64,000 nt of DNA from an uncultured Actinomycetes bacterium (GTDB taxonomy: Bacteria > Actinomycetota > Thermoleophilia > Solirubrobacterales > 70-9): contig OY969703.1 of assembly GCA_963702075.1 (NCBI GenBank), positions 2,528,203 through 2,592,202 of the forward strand, read 5' to 3'. The translations under genes and the position numbers were made by a program. This document shows positions 19,797 through 28,582 of this stretch, one piece after another (the stretch's first letter is position 1; each line of letters begins with the position of its first letter). The notes below the pieces were generated by a model. The model made no database searches. It saw only the letters and a program-made list of their open reading frames with translations, and had not been told where the DNA came from.

Positions 19797-20629
19797 CAGC
19801 TGTGGGACTCCGTCGCCTGCGGCCATATGTAAGCGTCCGGCTGGCGGTCGGCAAGCGAAGGCAGCGACTCGCGCACCCGGTCCTGGGCGGCGAGGTCGAG
19901 CTCGGCGGCGACGAAGCCCTCCCCATCGGGGGCGGTGGCGAGGACCACGCCCCAGGGGTCGACGACCATCGAGCGGCCAAAAGAGCTGTAGTGCGGCGGC
20001 GCTTCGCCGGACTGATTTGGGGCCACGACGAAGACCTGGTCCTCGATCGCCCGCGCCCGCAGCAGCACTTCCCAGTGGTCGCGACCGGTGGCGAGGGTGA
20101 AGGCGGAGGGGACGGCGACGATCCGGGCGCCGCGCAGGGCGAGGATCCGGAAGAGCTCCGGGAAGCGAAGGTCGTAACAGACGGTCATCCCGAGGACGAG
20201 GTCGCCGAGTGGCGCGACGACCGGCTCGGCACCGGGACGCTCGTGCTCGGACTCGCGGTAGGAGACGCCGCCGGCCTCGACGTCGAACATGTGGATCTTG
20301 CGGTAGACGGCGAGGTCTTCGCCGTCGGGACCGATCAGGACCGAGGTGTTGAAATCCTTCTCGCCGTCGGCGCCACGCTCGGAGATGCTGCCGGCGAGTA
20401 GATGGATGTCGAGCTCGCGGGCCCAGCCGCGGGCCGCAGTCAGGCTCGGGCCGTCGAGCGGCTCGGCCCCCGCGACCAATTCCTCACCGCCGGCCAGCAG
20501 GTTCCACTTCTCGGGCAGGGCGACGAATTCGGCTCCGCCCGCCGCTGCCTCCCGCACCAGGCGCTCGGCCGCGGCGAGGTTCCGCTGCTTGTCCCCGTTT
20601 GAATTCAGCTGTACCGCGGCTACGCGCAC
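19796..20629 (-). CDS. carbon-nitrogen hydrolase (nitrilase superfamily)
   Basis: 277 aa. MRVAAVQLNS...FVALPEKWN...MTVCYDLRFPELF shows the Glu-Lys-Cys catalytic triad context. Confidence 0.85.
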   Translation of the reverse strand: MRVAAVQLNSNGDKQRNLAAAERLVREAAAGGAEFVALPEKWNLLAGGEELVAGAEPLDGPSLTAARGWARELDIHLLAGSISERGADGEKDFNTSVLIGPDGEDLAVYRKIHMFDVEAGGVSYRESEHERPGAEPVVAPLGDLVLGMTVCYDLRFPELFRILALRGARIVAVPSAFTLATGRDHWEVLLRARAIEDQVFVVAPNQSGEAPPHYSSFGRSMVVDPWGVVLATAPDGEGFVAAELDLAAQDRVRESLPSLADRQPDAYIWPQATESHS

Positions 20630-20647
20630 CAGGTCTGTCCTCCGGTT

Positions 20648-20663
20648 GATTGACCCGTCAATC
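20648..20663. promoter_or_regulatory. 7-2-7 palindrome GATTGACccGTCAATC upstream of the nitrilase-TetR operon; candidate TetR operator
   Basis: Read directly from the sequence, 19 nt upstream of the nitrilase start codon. Confidence 0.3.
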
Positions 20664-20704
20664 GGCTATCCCAGTATATGAGCGCCTAGGCGCTTGGCGC
20701 GGCG

Positions 20705-21541
20705 CTAGAGGTTCAGCTGGCGAGCGACGATCCAGTCGAACAGGGGACTGGGAATCAGTGGTTGCACCCGTGCCTGCACCTTGGCGTCGAGCCCGACGAG
20801 GTAGCGGCTCTTGGGTCGCGGCGATTCGAGGGCGTGGGCGATCGCCTTCGCCACCTTCTCCGGTGGGATCCCGCGTTCGGCGGTGTCCTCGATCACCTTG
20901 CGGAACTTGTCCAGCGCCGCCCCGTAGAGCAGGTTCGTCTTCGGCGCCTTGGCTTCGATGTCCTCGGCTTTGCGCTGCCCCCGCTCCCAGATCGGGGTGT
21001 CGATCGAGCCCGGCTCGACGATCGCGACCTTCAGGCCCCAGGGGCGCAGCTCCTGGCGAAAGACGTCGCCGATCGCCTCGGTCGCGAACTTCGAAGCGTG
21101 GTAAGGGCCGCCGAAGGGAAAGGCGATCCGGCCGCCAATCGAGCTGAGAAAGACAACTCGCCCTTCGGCCCGGCGGATCTCTGCCAGCATCGCCTGCGTC
21201 ACCGCCACATAAGCGATCAAGTTGACCTCGAGCTGGTGGCGCAGATCATCCAGCGGCACCGTCTCCAGCGGTCCTGGGACCGCAACTCCGGCGTTGTTGA
21301 CGAGGCCGTCGAGGCCACCGTCGGTCTCACGCTCGATCAACTCGGCCGCGGCGGCAATCTGCTCGGCGTCGGTGACGTCGAGGGTGACCGGCGCAAGCCG
21401 CACCGAGGCCTCGGCGCGCAGGGAAGCGGCGTCCTCCTCCTTGCGCACGCCGGCGAAGACCTTCCAGCCGGAGGCGTCGAGGCGCAGCGCAGTGGCGCGG
21501 CCGATGCCAGTCGAGGCTCCGGTGACGAGGACCGATTGCAT
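20705..21541 (-). CDS. SDR family oxidoreductase
   Basis: MQSVLVTGASTGIGRATALRL ... YHASKFA is the classical SDR pattern (TGxxxGIG and YxxxK). Confidence 0.9.
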   Translation of the reverse strand: MQSVLVTGASTGIGRATALRLDASGWKVFAGVRKEEDAASLRAEASVRLAPVTLDVTDAEQIAAAAELIERETDGGLDGLVNNAGVAVPGPLETVPLDDLRHQLEVNLIAYVAVTQAMLAEIRRAEGRVVFLSSIGGRIAFPFGGPYHASKFATEAIGDVFRQELRPWGLKVAIVEPGSIDTPIWERGQRKAEDIEAKAPKTNLLYGAALDKFRKVIEDTAERGIPPEKVAKAIAHALESPRPKSRYLVGLDAKVQARVQPLIPSPLFDWIVARQLNL

Positions 21542-21651
21542 CCGATGAGGCTATACATGAGCAACCGTGGGCCCATCAAGCTCCCGAACAAGCGCCTCCC
21601 AGGATCTACGAGGGGGAGAGATTTGGCCCTTCCGATTCTTGACACAACAGA

Positions 21652-22568
21652 GTGGGGCAAGAATCGGATACGCGAAGCAAGCGAGCGTGGGAGCTCGCGG
21701 CGCGACAGCACGGCGTCGTCACCCGCCGACAGCTGCTGGCGTTGGGCTTCGGACGAAGGTCGATCGAACATCGGGTAGCACGTGGGCGCCTCTTCACCGT
21801 GAGCCTCGGCGTCTACGCGGTCGGCTGGCCGGCGCTCAATCAGAAGAGACGGTGGATGGCAGCGGTTCTGGCGGGCGGGAAGGACACGGCTCTGAGCCAT
21901 CGCAGTGCGGCGGCGCTGTGGAAATCGGCAACGAGGGCGATGGGATCGTTGTCAGTGTTCGACGGCGCTGTGAACTGCGACGCCAGGGAGTTCGGTTCCG
22001 CGGCCGCCCGAGCTTGGCGCCCGATGACGTTGTGCTCCGGGACGACATTCCGGTCACCTCGCCGGTGCAAACGCTTGTTGACCTCGCGACCGAACTCGAC
22101 CCCGTCGCGCTGGAGCGCGCGGTGAACGATGCCGACAAGCGCGACCTGATCGATCCAGAAGCGTTACGGGAAGACCTCTCGCGTCATAGCGGCGAACCTG
22201 GCATCCGTGTCCTGCGCCACCTGCTCGACAAGCTCTTCTTCCGGCTCTCAGACTCGGACCTGGAGATCTATTTCCGCCACATCGTCAATGTGGCAAGTAT
22301 CTCGATACCGCTCACCAAACATTGGGTGAACGGGTTCGAAGTGGACTTCTTCTGGCCTGACCTCGGACTCGTTGTGGAGATCGATGGCCTCCGCTATCAC
22401 CGAACGCCCTCGGCGCAGCTTCGGGACGCCCGCCGCGACCGGGCACACGTGATGGCTGGAATGACTCCTCTGCGCTTCACGCACTACGAGGTCCGCTACG
22501 AACCCGATCGCGTCCGCGCGGCGCTCACTAAGACGATCGCGATACTTCGGAAGCGCACCCGATTTTGA
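21652..22568 (+). pseudogene. DUF559 / very-short-patch-repair-like endonuclease-domain protein, interrupted by a single-base frameshift
   Basis: The N-terminal part (AWELAARQHGVVTRRQLLALGF...SHRSAAALW) is in one frame. The remainder (EIGNEGDGIVVSV...FEVDFFWPDLGLVVEIDGLRYHRTP...) is in the frame of the 21567 ORF. The switch is at CTGTGGAAATC (21916-21926), where one extra G would restore LWEIG. Confidence 0.6.
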
Positions 22569-22639
22569 CCACAGCCCGCTGGGGCGAAAATCCGATGCGG
22601 GGCTTGAACGCAGGTCAGGAGGCGTAACCTTGTGACGTC

Positions 22640-25600
22640 GTGAACGACCCCCTCAAGGACGATGCCGAGCGCAAGCAGGTAACGGTCCTCTTCGCCGACG
22701 TCAGCGGCTCGATGGACCTCGCCGAGCAGGAGGACCCGGAGGAGTGGCGCAAGATCATGCAGCGCTTCTTCTCGCTGCTGGCCGACTCGGTCAATCGCTT
22801 CGAGGGGACCGTCGACAAGTTCACCGGCGACGGCATCATGGCGATCTTCGGCGCCCCGGTCGCCCACGAGGACCACGCGCCACGGGCCTGTTACGCGGCC
22901 CTGCAGATGCTCGACGAGGTCGCCGGATATGCGGCTGAGCTGCGGCGCGAGCGTGGGCTCAACTTCTCGACCCGGATCGGGATCAACTCCGGCGAGGTAG
23001 TCGCCGGCGCGATCGGCGGCGGCGAAGGCTCCTACACCGCGATCGGCCACACCGTCGGCCTGGCGCAGCGGATGGAGGCGCTGGCGGAGCCGGGCAAGGC
23101 CTACCTGACCGAACACACCGCCGAGCTGGCGCGCGGCTTCCTCGACCTCCCCGACCTCGGCGAGTTCGAGATCAAGGGCGCGAGCCGGCCGGTGCGGGTC
23201 TTCGAGCTAGCGGGGGTCGGCCAGGCGCGCGGCCGCCTCGATCTCGCCCGCGAGCGCGGCTTCTCCCGCTTCGTCGGCCGTGAGCGGGAGATGGTGGCGC
23301 TGGAGGAGGCGCTCGCCCGGGCGCAGAGCGGCAAGGCCACGGCGCTCGGAGTCGTCGCCGAACCGGGGATCGGCAAGAGCCGCCTCTACCACGAGTTCGC
23401 CGAGCGCTGCCGCAGCGAGGGGACCGAGGTCTTCCAGGCGCAGGGCCAGGCGCACGGCAAGTCGATTCCCTTCATGCCGATCCTGCAGATGCTGCGTGCC
23501 TTCTTCGGGATCGGCGACAACGATGCCGAACAGCTGGCGCGGGAGAAGATCGCCGGGCGGGCGCTGCTGCTCGATGCCACCTTCGCCGACGACCTGCCGC
23601 TGCTGTTCGACTTCCTCGGCGTTCCCGATCCCGAGCGGCCGGTCCCGCAGATGAGCCCGGAGGCGCGGCAGCGGGCGCTCGCCGACGTCCTCTGCAAGCT
23701 GGTCGGCAACCCGACCCGGAAGAAGACGCTGATGCTGGTCTTCGAGGACCTGCACTGGATCGACGAGGGCAGCCAAACGATGCTGCAGGGCCTGATCGAG
23801 GGATTCGCCGACACCCGCACCCTCGTCCTCGCCAACTACCGGCCGGAGTATGCCCCGCCGTGGAACGAGAATCCCTGCTGGCAGGCGCTCGAGCTGGCGC
23901 CGCTGCGCCAGGAGGACACGCGCGAGCTGCTGCGCGACCTCGCCGGCGGGGACCCCTCGCTCGACGGCCTCGACGAGCCGATCCACGAGCGCACCGGCGG
24001 CAACCCGTTCTTCATCGAGGAGATCGTCCGCGAGCTGGCCGAGTCCGGCTACCTGGAGGGCGAGCGCGGTGCGTACCGGCTCGCCAAGCCGATCGAGGGC
24101 GCGGGGGTGCCGGTCACCGTGCAGGCCGTGCTGGGGGCGCGAATCGACCGTCTTGCCGGCGACGCCAAGCGGCTGCTGCAGGTCGCCTCCGTGCTCGGCA
24201 AGGAGGTGAGCGGCGAGGCGCTGGGGTCGACGGCGGGGCTCGAGGAGGAGGCGCTGATGGAGCGGGCTTTGCGCGAGCTGATCGACGGTGGCTTCCTCTT
24301 CGAAGCGGAGATGTACCCGCAGCGCCTGCTCGCCTTCCGCCACCCGCTGACCCGCGAGGTCGCTTACGGCACCCAGCTGGCCGAACAGCGGGCGGCCACC
24401 CATGCCAAGGCGGCGCAATCGCTGATCGCACTGAACCCACCCGACCGCTGGGACGAGCTTTCGGCCCTGATCGCCGATCACCTGAGGCAGGGCGGCGAGC
24501 GGCTGGAAGCGGCGCGCTGGTCGGCCCGCGCCGCCTACTGGGCCGGTCACAGCCGACCCCGCGATTCGCTGCGGCTCTGGCACGACGTGATGGAGCTGAC
24601 CGACGGCCTGGAGGAGGACGAGGAGGTCGCCGCCCTGGCAATCCACTCCCGCCTGCAGCAGCTGACCTACGCCTTCCGGGTTGGCATGGGTCGCGAGGAG
24701 CAGGAACGGCTCGCGGCCGAGGCGGAGGAGATCGCCACCCGGCGCGAGGATCTCCACTCGCTGGCGCTGCTGCGAGTGGCGACCGCGGTCCGCCCCGGCC
24801 TCGACCACTTCGCCGAGACCTGGCTCGCTGCCGTTCGCGAGTCGGTCGAGCTGGCCGACCGAGCCGGCGACCCCCACCTGCGCGTGGCGATCCGCTGCGC
24901 CGGCGGCTTCGCCTTTCTGATGACCGGAGACTTCGACGGCTTCGAGGCGGCGCTCGACGAAGTGCTGGAGCTGGTCGGCGACGACGGCTCGATCGGCGCC
25001 AACATCATCCTCGGCAGCCCCGTCGCCTGGGGGCTGATGGGCAAGGGGATGGTGCGCCGGGAGAGGGTCGAATTCGACGCGGCCGAGGAGCTGTTCGAGC
25101 GAGCTTTGCGCATCGCCCTGGAGGAGGACGATCCGGAGACCGCGAGCTGGGTCCGGAGCAACCAGGCGGGGCTGCTCGCGATGCGCGGCGAATCCGAGGC
25201 CGGGTTGGCGATCGCCATGCGAAACGTCGAGCTGACGGAAAAGCTCGGCGACGTGTTCTCACGCAGCCTCGCGCTCTCGAACCTGTCCTGGGTCCAGCTC
25301 AACAGCGGCGACGCCGAGGGATCGCTGGAGTCGATCGAAGAGTCCGAGCGCCTCTACCGCGAGCTGATGGACGAAGGTGGCGAGATGGCGGCCTGGCGGG
25401 CCCACCTGCGCTCGCAGGCGCTGCGCGAGGTGGGCCGTGCCGAGGAGGCCGTCGAGGCCGCGGAATGGGCCGCCGAGACCTCTCGCTCGCGGGGTCTGCT
25501 GTGGACCTACCCGGCGGCGATGCTGGCGCTGACCCGGGCGCTTACGGCTACTGGGCGGCCGGGCGCGCTGGAGGCGCTGGCCGAGGCCGAGCGGGTCGCC

Positions 25601-25705
25601 CTGGAGACCGGCGCCGAGACGCTGATGATCGACATAACCGCCGAACGAGAGGCGCTGGAGGGCGGAGGTGGGCCGCTGGGAGTTCGTACCCGCGGCGCCT
25701 ACTAG
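22640..25705 (+). CDS. class III adenylate/guanylate cyclase fused to a STAND-type AAA ATPase and TPR-like helical repeats
   Basis: 1021 aa. The cyclase core is VTVLFADVSGSMDL...FTGDGIMAIFGAPVAHEDHAPRA. A P-loop (AEPGIGKSRL) and a long helical C-terminus follow. No LuxR-type HTH is visible at the end. Confidence 0.85.
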   Translation: MNDPLKDDAERKQVTVLFADVSGSMDLAEQEDPEEWRKIMQRFFSLLADSVNRFEGTVDKFTGDGIMAIFGAPVAHEDHAPRACYAALQMLDEVAGYAAELRRERGLNFSTRIGINSGEVVAGAIGGGEGSYTAIGHTVGLAQRMEALAEPGKAYLTEHTAELARGFLDLPDLGEFEIKGASRPVRVFELAGVGQARGRLDLARERGFSRFVGREREMVALEEALARAQSGKATALGVVAEPGIGKSRLYHEFAERCRSEGTEVFQAQGQAHGKSIPFMPILQMLRAFFGIGDNDAEQLAREKIAGRALLLDATFADDLPLLFDFLGVPDPERPVPQMSPEARQRALADVLCKLVGNPTRKKTLMLVFEDLHWIDEGSQTMLQGLIEGFADTRTLVLANYRPEYAPPWNENPCWQALELAPLRQEDTRELLRDLAGGDPSLDGLDEPIHERTGGNPFFIEEIVRELAESGYLEGERGAYRLAKPIEGAGVPVTVQAVLGARIDRLAGDAKRLLQVASVLGKEVSGEALGSTAGLEEEALMERALRELIDGGFLFEAEMYPQRLLAFRHPLTREVAYGTQLAEQRAATHAKAAQSLIALNPPDRWDELSALIADHLRQGGERLEAARWSARAAYWAGHSRPRDSLRLWHDVMELTDGLEEDEEVAALAIHSRLQQLTYAFRVGMGREEQERLAAEAEEIATRREDLHSLALLRVATAVRPGLDHFAETWLAAVRESVELADRAGDPHLRVAIRCAGGFAFLMTGDFDGFEAALDEVLELVGDDGSIGANIILGSPVAWGLMGKGMVRRERVEFDAAEELFERALRIALEEDDPETASWVRSNQAGLLAMRGESEAGLAIAMRNVELTEKLGDVFSRSLALSNLSWVQLNSGDAEGSLESIEESERLYRELMDEGGEMAAWRAHLRSQALREVGRAEEAVEAAEWAAETSRSRGLLWTYPAAMLALTRALTATGRPGALEALAEAERVALETGAETLMIDITAEREALEGGGGPLGVRTRGAY

Positions 25706-26418
25706 CGCCGGCGCTCGAGCTCGGCGACCATCAGCTTGGTGTGGAGGGCGGCGATGAAGTCCTTCAGCGGCTGGGCGCCGGCTTCGAGCAGCTCCACCAC
25801 CCGCTCTGGCGGCACCTCGCCGGCTAGACGGTCCATCACCACGTCGACCTCCTGGCGCACCAACTCTTCCAGCGCCGCTTTGTAGCGCAGGGTGTCGTAG
25901 ACGGTGAAGCCGATCTGCTCGTCGTAGCCGCCGGCGCGGAAGCGGCCGATCGCCTCGATGATCGCCACGTCGGAGGGGGTGTAGCCGCGGCTGTTCGGGG
26001 TCAGGAGGCCGATCTCGGCGAGGCGGTCGAGGGCCTCCTTGGGGACGCCGTAGCGCTTGCGGACCTCGGTAGCGCTGGTGCGGGAGCGCTCGCCGGCCAG
26101 CGCCCGATCGAGGATCTGATCGCCGAGCTCGAGCATCGCCTTGGCCCGGTCGGGGTCCTCGTCGAGCACGTTCTTGATCGCCTTCAGCGGCATGAACCGC
26201 TCTTCCTGCAGGCGCTTGATCAGCTTGATCCGCTCGACGAACTCGGGCGGGTAGTAGGCCATGTTGCGGCTGGTCTTGACCGGCTCCGGCAGCAGGCCCT
26301 CGCGCAGGTAGTGCTTGATCGTCGGCCCCGGCACCCCGGAGGCCGCGGCCAGCTCGCGCATCCGCAGCAGGCCCTCGCCGTTGCTCTGTTGGGTGTCCGG
26401 GGTTCCGTTGGCGCTCAC
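25702..26418 (-). CDS. MerR family transcriptional regulator
   Basis: MRELAAASGVPGPTIKHYLREGLLPEP...NMAYYPPEFVERIKLIKRLQEERFMPLKAIKNVL is a MerR HTH. The GTG at 26418 overlaps the CoA-transferase stop (GTGA); the ATG at 26361 is an alternative start. The 406-aa track ORF is over-extended. Confidence 0.8.
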   Translation of the reverse strand: MSANGTPDTQQSNGEGLLRMRELAAASGVPGPTIKHYLREGLLPEPVKTSRNMAYYPPEFVERIKLIKRLQEERFMPLKAIKNVLDEDPDRAKAMLELGDQILDRALAGERSRTSATEVRKRYGVPKEALDRLAEIGLLTPNSRGYTPSDVAIIEAIGRFRAGGYDEQIGFTVYDTLRYKAALEELVRQEVDVVMDRLAGEVPPERVVELLEAGAQPLKDFIAALHTKLMVAELERRR

Positions 26419-27650
26419 GCGCGGAACTCTCCCTGCGACTCGGCGGCGGGGCCGGCGGCCGCGCCCGACTCTTTCATCGCAACGATCTCGGCGGCCGAGT
26501 AGCCGGCCTCCGCCAGAACCTCGTCGGTGTGCTCGCCGAAGGCCGGGGCCGGCCGGGTCGGGTCGGCTGGGGTGCGGCTCAGCTTCACCGGGTGGCCGAG
26601 CTGGCGGACCTTGCCGAGCTCCGGCTGATCGAGCTCGACGACCATCTCGCGGGCCTTGACCAACTCCGATCCGAGCGCCTCGTCGAGGTCGAGGACCGGC
26701 TCGATGCAGCAGTCGTGCTCGTCGTTGAAGGCAAGCCACTCGTCGCGCGTACGGGAGCGGAAGACCGCGGCGATCTCCTCCCACGCCTCCGAGCCCGGCG
26801 CCTCGAACTGCTTCTCGATCAGGTCGGGACGGCCGACGCCGTTGCAGAGGGCGGCCCAGAACTTCGGCTCCAGCGCTCCGCAGGTAACCCAGCCGTCGGC
26901 AGCTTCGTAGGGCAGGTAGCAAATCAACCCGCCGGCGAGCTGCTGCTCGCCGCGCCGCGGCACCTCCTCGTCGCAGAAGTAGCGGCCCGCGACCATCGCC
27001 AGCCAGGAGAGGGCGCCGTCGGCCATCGAGACGTCGACCATCTGCCCCTCGCCGGAGCGCTGGCGCTCGTGCAGCGCCGCCATCACCCCGAAGGCGGCCA
27101 TCAGCCCGCCGCCGCCGAGGTCGGCGATCTGGCCGGCCGACTGCACCGGCGGCCCGTCCTTGGCGCCGGTCAGCCCGAGCAGGCCGACCAGGCCGAGGTA
27201 GTTCATGTCGTGGCCGGCGCGCTGGGCGTAGGGACCGTCCTGGCCGTAGCCGGTGATCGCGCAGAAGACGATCCGCGGGTTCGCCTCGTGCATCCGCTCG
27301 TAGCCGACCCCGAGCCGGTCCAGCACGCCAGGGCGGAAGCCGTCGAGGACGACGTCGTGGCCGGCGACCAGCCGCAGCAGCGCCTCCCTCCCCTGCTCCT
27401 GCTTGAGATCGAGCCGGACCGAGCGCTTGCCGCGGTTGAGCGAGAGGTAGAGCGAAGAGCGAGTGCCGAGCGCTTGCTGCTCCTCGGAGCCGTAGTAGGG
27501 CGGCGCCCAGCGGATGTAGTCGCCCATGCCGGTGTCCTCGACCTTCAGCACCTCGGCGCCAAGGTCGGCGAGCAGCAGCGAGCAGAAGCCGCCCGGCAGC
27601 AGGCGGGTGAGGTCGAGAACCTTGACGTCGCTAAGCGGTAGACCGCTCAC
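26415..27650 (-). CDS. family III CoA-transferase (CaiB/BaiF)
   Basis: 411 aa. LSDVKVLDLTRLLPGGFCSLLLADLGAEVLKVE...GRRSVRLDLK-type motifs are present. Confidence 0.9.
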   Translation of the reverse strand: MSGLPLSDVKVLDLTRLLPGGFCSLLLADLGAEVLKVEDTGMGDYIRWAPPYYGSEEQQALGTRSSLYLSLNRGKRSVRLDLKQEQGREALLRLVAGHDVVLDGFRPGVLDRLGVGYERMHEANPRIVFCAITGYGQDGPYAQRAGHDMNYLGLVGLLGLTGAKDGPPVQSAGQIADLGGGGLMAAFGVMAALHERQRSGEGQMVDVSMADGALSWLAMVAGRYFCDEEVPRRGEQQLAGGLICYLPYEAADGWVTCGALEPKFWAALCNGVGRPDLIEKQFEAPGSEAWEEIAAVFRSRTRDEWLAFNDEHDCCIEPVLDLDEALGSELVKAREMVVELDQPELGKVRQLGHPVKLSRTPADPTRPAPAFGEHTDEVLAEAGYSAAEIVAMKESGAAAGPAAESQGEFRA

Positions 27651-28524
27651 GCTTCGGCACCCCCAGCAGCTCCCGCGCCTCCGCCACGCTGGCTGCGCGT
27701 CGGCCGATGTCCTCTGCCATCTGCCGCGCCTTGGCGATCAGCTCGCCGTTGGACTTGCACATCTCGCCGTTCGGCAGGTAGAGGTTGTCCTCGACCCCGG
27801 CACGGACATTGCCGCCGAGCACCAGCGAGGAAGCGAGCAGCTTCCACTGGTCGCGGGAGATGCCGATCACCTGCCACTGATTCGGCCCTTCGGGGCCGCC
27901 GGGGATCTGGTCGGACATCAGGGTGACGTTGCGGGGGGTCGGGCGGATGCCGCCGGTCACCCCCATCACCAGCGAGATCTGCAGCGGCGGCTCCAGCAGT
28001 CCCATGTCGACCAGCGGGTCGAGGTTGGCGACGTGGCCGGAGTCGAAGCACTCGTGCTCGGGCTTGACGCCGAGCTCTTTCATCGCCGTCAGGAACTCGA
28101 TGATCGTGTCGAAGCTGTTCTCGAAGACGGCCTTGAAGACGAAGTCCTTGCGCCGGCGCGAGTACTTCGCGTAGTTCATCGAGCTCATGTTCAGGGCTGC
28201 GACGTCGGGGCGGCAGGCGCGCAGGTACTCGATCCGCTTCTCGATCGGGATCCCAATTGCGCCGGTCGAGTAGTTGACGATCACGTCCCCGACCTCGGCC
28301 AGGATCGCCTCGGTGATCGCCTGGAAGTCCTCGATCTCATACGAGGGCGTGCCGTCGGGTTTGCGGGCGTGGATGTGGATCTGCGAGGCGCCCTCGTCGA
28401 CCGCGCGCCGCGCCTCGGCCGCGTACTCCTCCGGCGTGTAGGGGATCGCCGGGCACTGGTCGCGGTTGGCAATCACACCGCTGATCGAGCAGCTGATGAT
28501 CACGGGGTCGTCGAATGAGCTCAC
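27631..28524 (-). CDS. beta-keto acid cleavage enzyme (BKACE / DUF849, 3-keto-5-aminohexanoate cleavage family)
   Basis: 297 aa. PVIISCSISGV...IPYTPEEYAAEARRAVDEGASQIHIHAR...G is the family signature. Confidence 0.85.
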   Translation of the reverse strand: MSSFDDPVIISCSISGVIANRDQCPAIPYTPEEYAAEARRAVDEGASQIHIHARKPDGTPSYEIEDFQAITEAILAEVGDVIVNYSTGAIGIPIEKRIEYLRACRPDVAALNMSSMNYAKYSRRRKDFVFKAVFENSFDTIIEFLTAMKELGVKPEHECFDSGHVANLDPLVDMGLLEPPLQISLVMGVTGGIRPTPRNVTLMSDQIPGGPEGPNQWQVIGISRDQWKLLASSLVLGGNVRAGVEDNLYLPNGEMCKSNGELIAKARQMAEDIGRRAASVAEARELLGVPKRERSTA

Positions 28525-28582
28525 AACGCCTCCTTCTTCTGTTCCTTATGCCTGCATGACGAGCAAAAGGAACAACTGAACG

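Noticed and set aside
21632-21667. 10-bp inverted repeat CCGATTCTTG / CAAGAATCGG containing a TTGACA hexamer upstream of, and overlapping, the DUF559 pseudogene start
   Set aside because: It could be a promoter or operator, but no convincing -10 element lies at the right spacing. The gene it precedes appears inactivated, so I judged it not informative enough.
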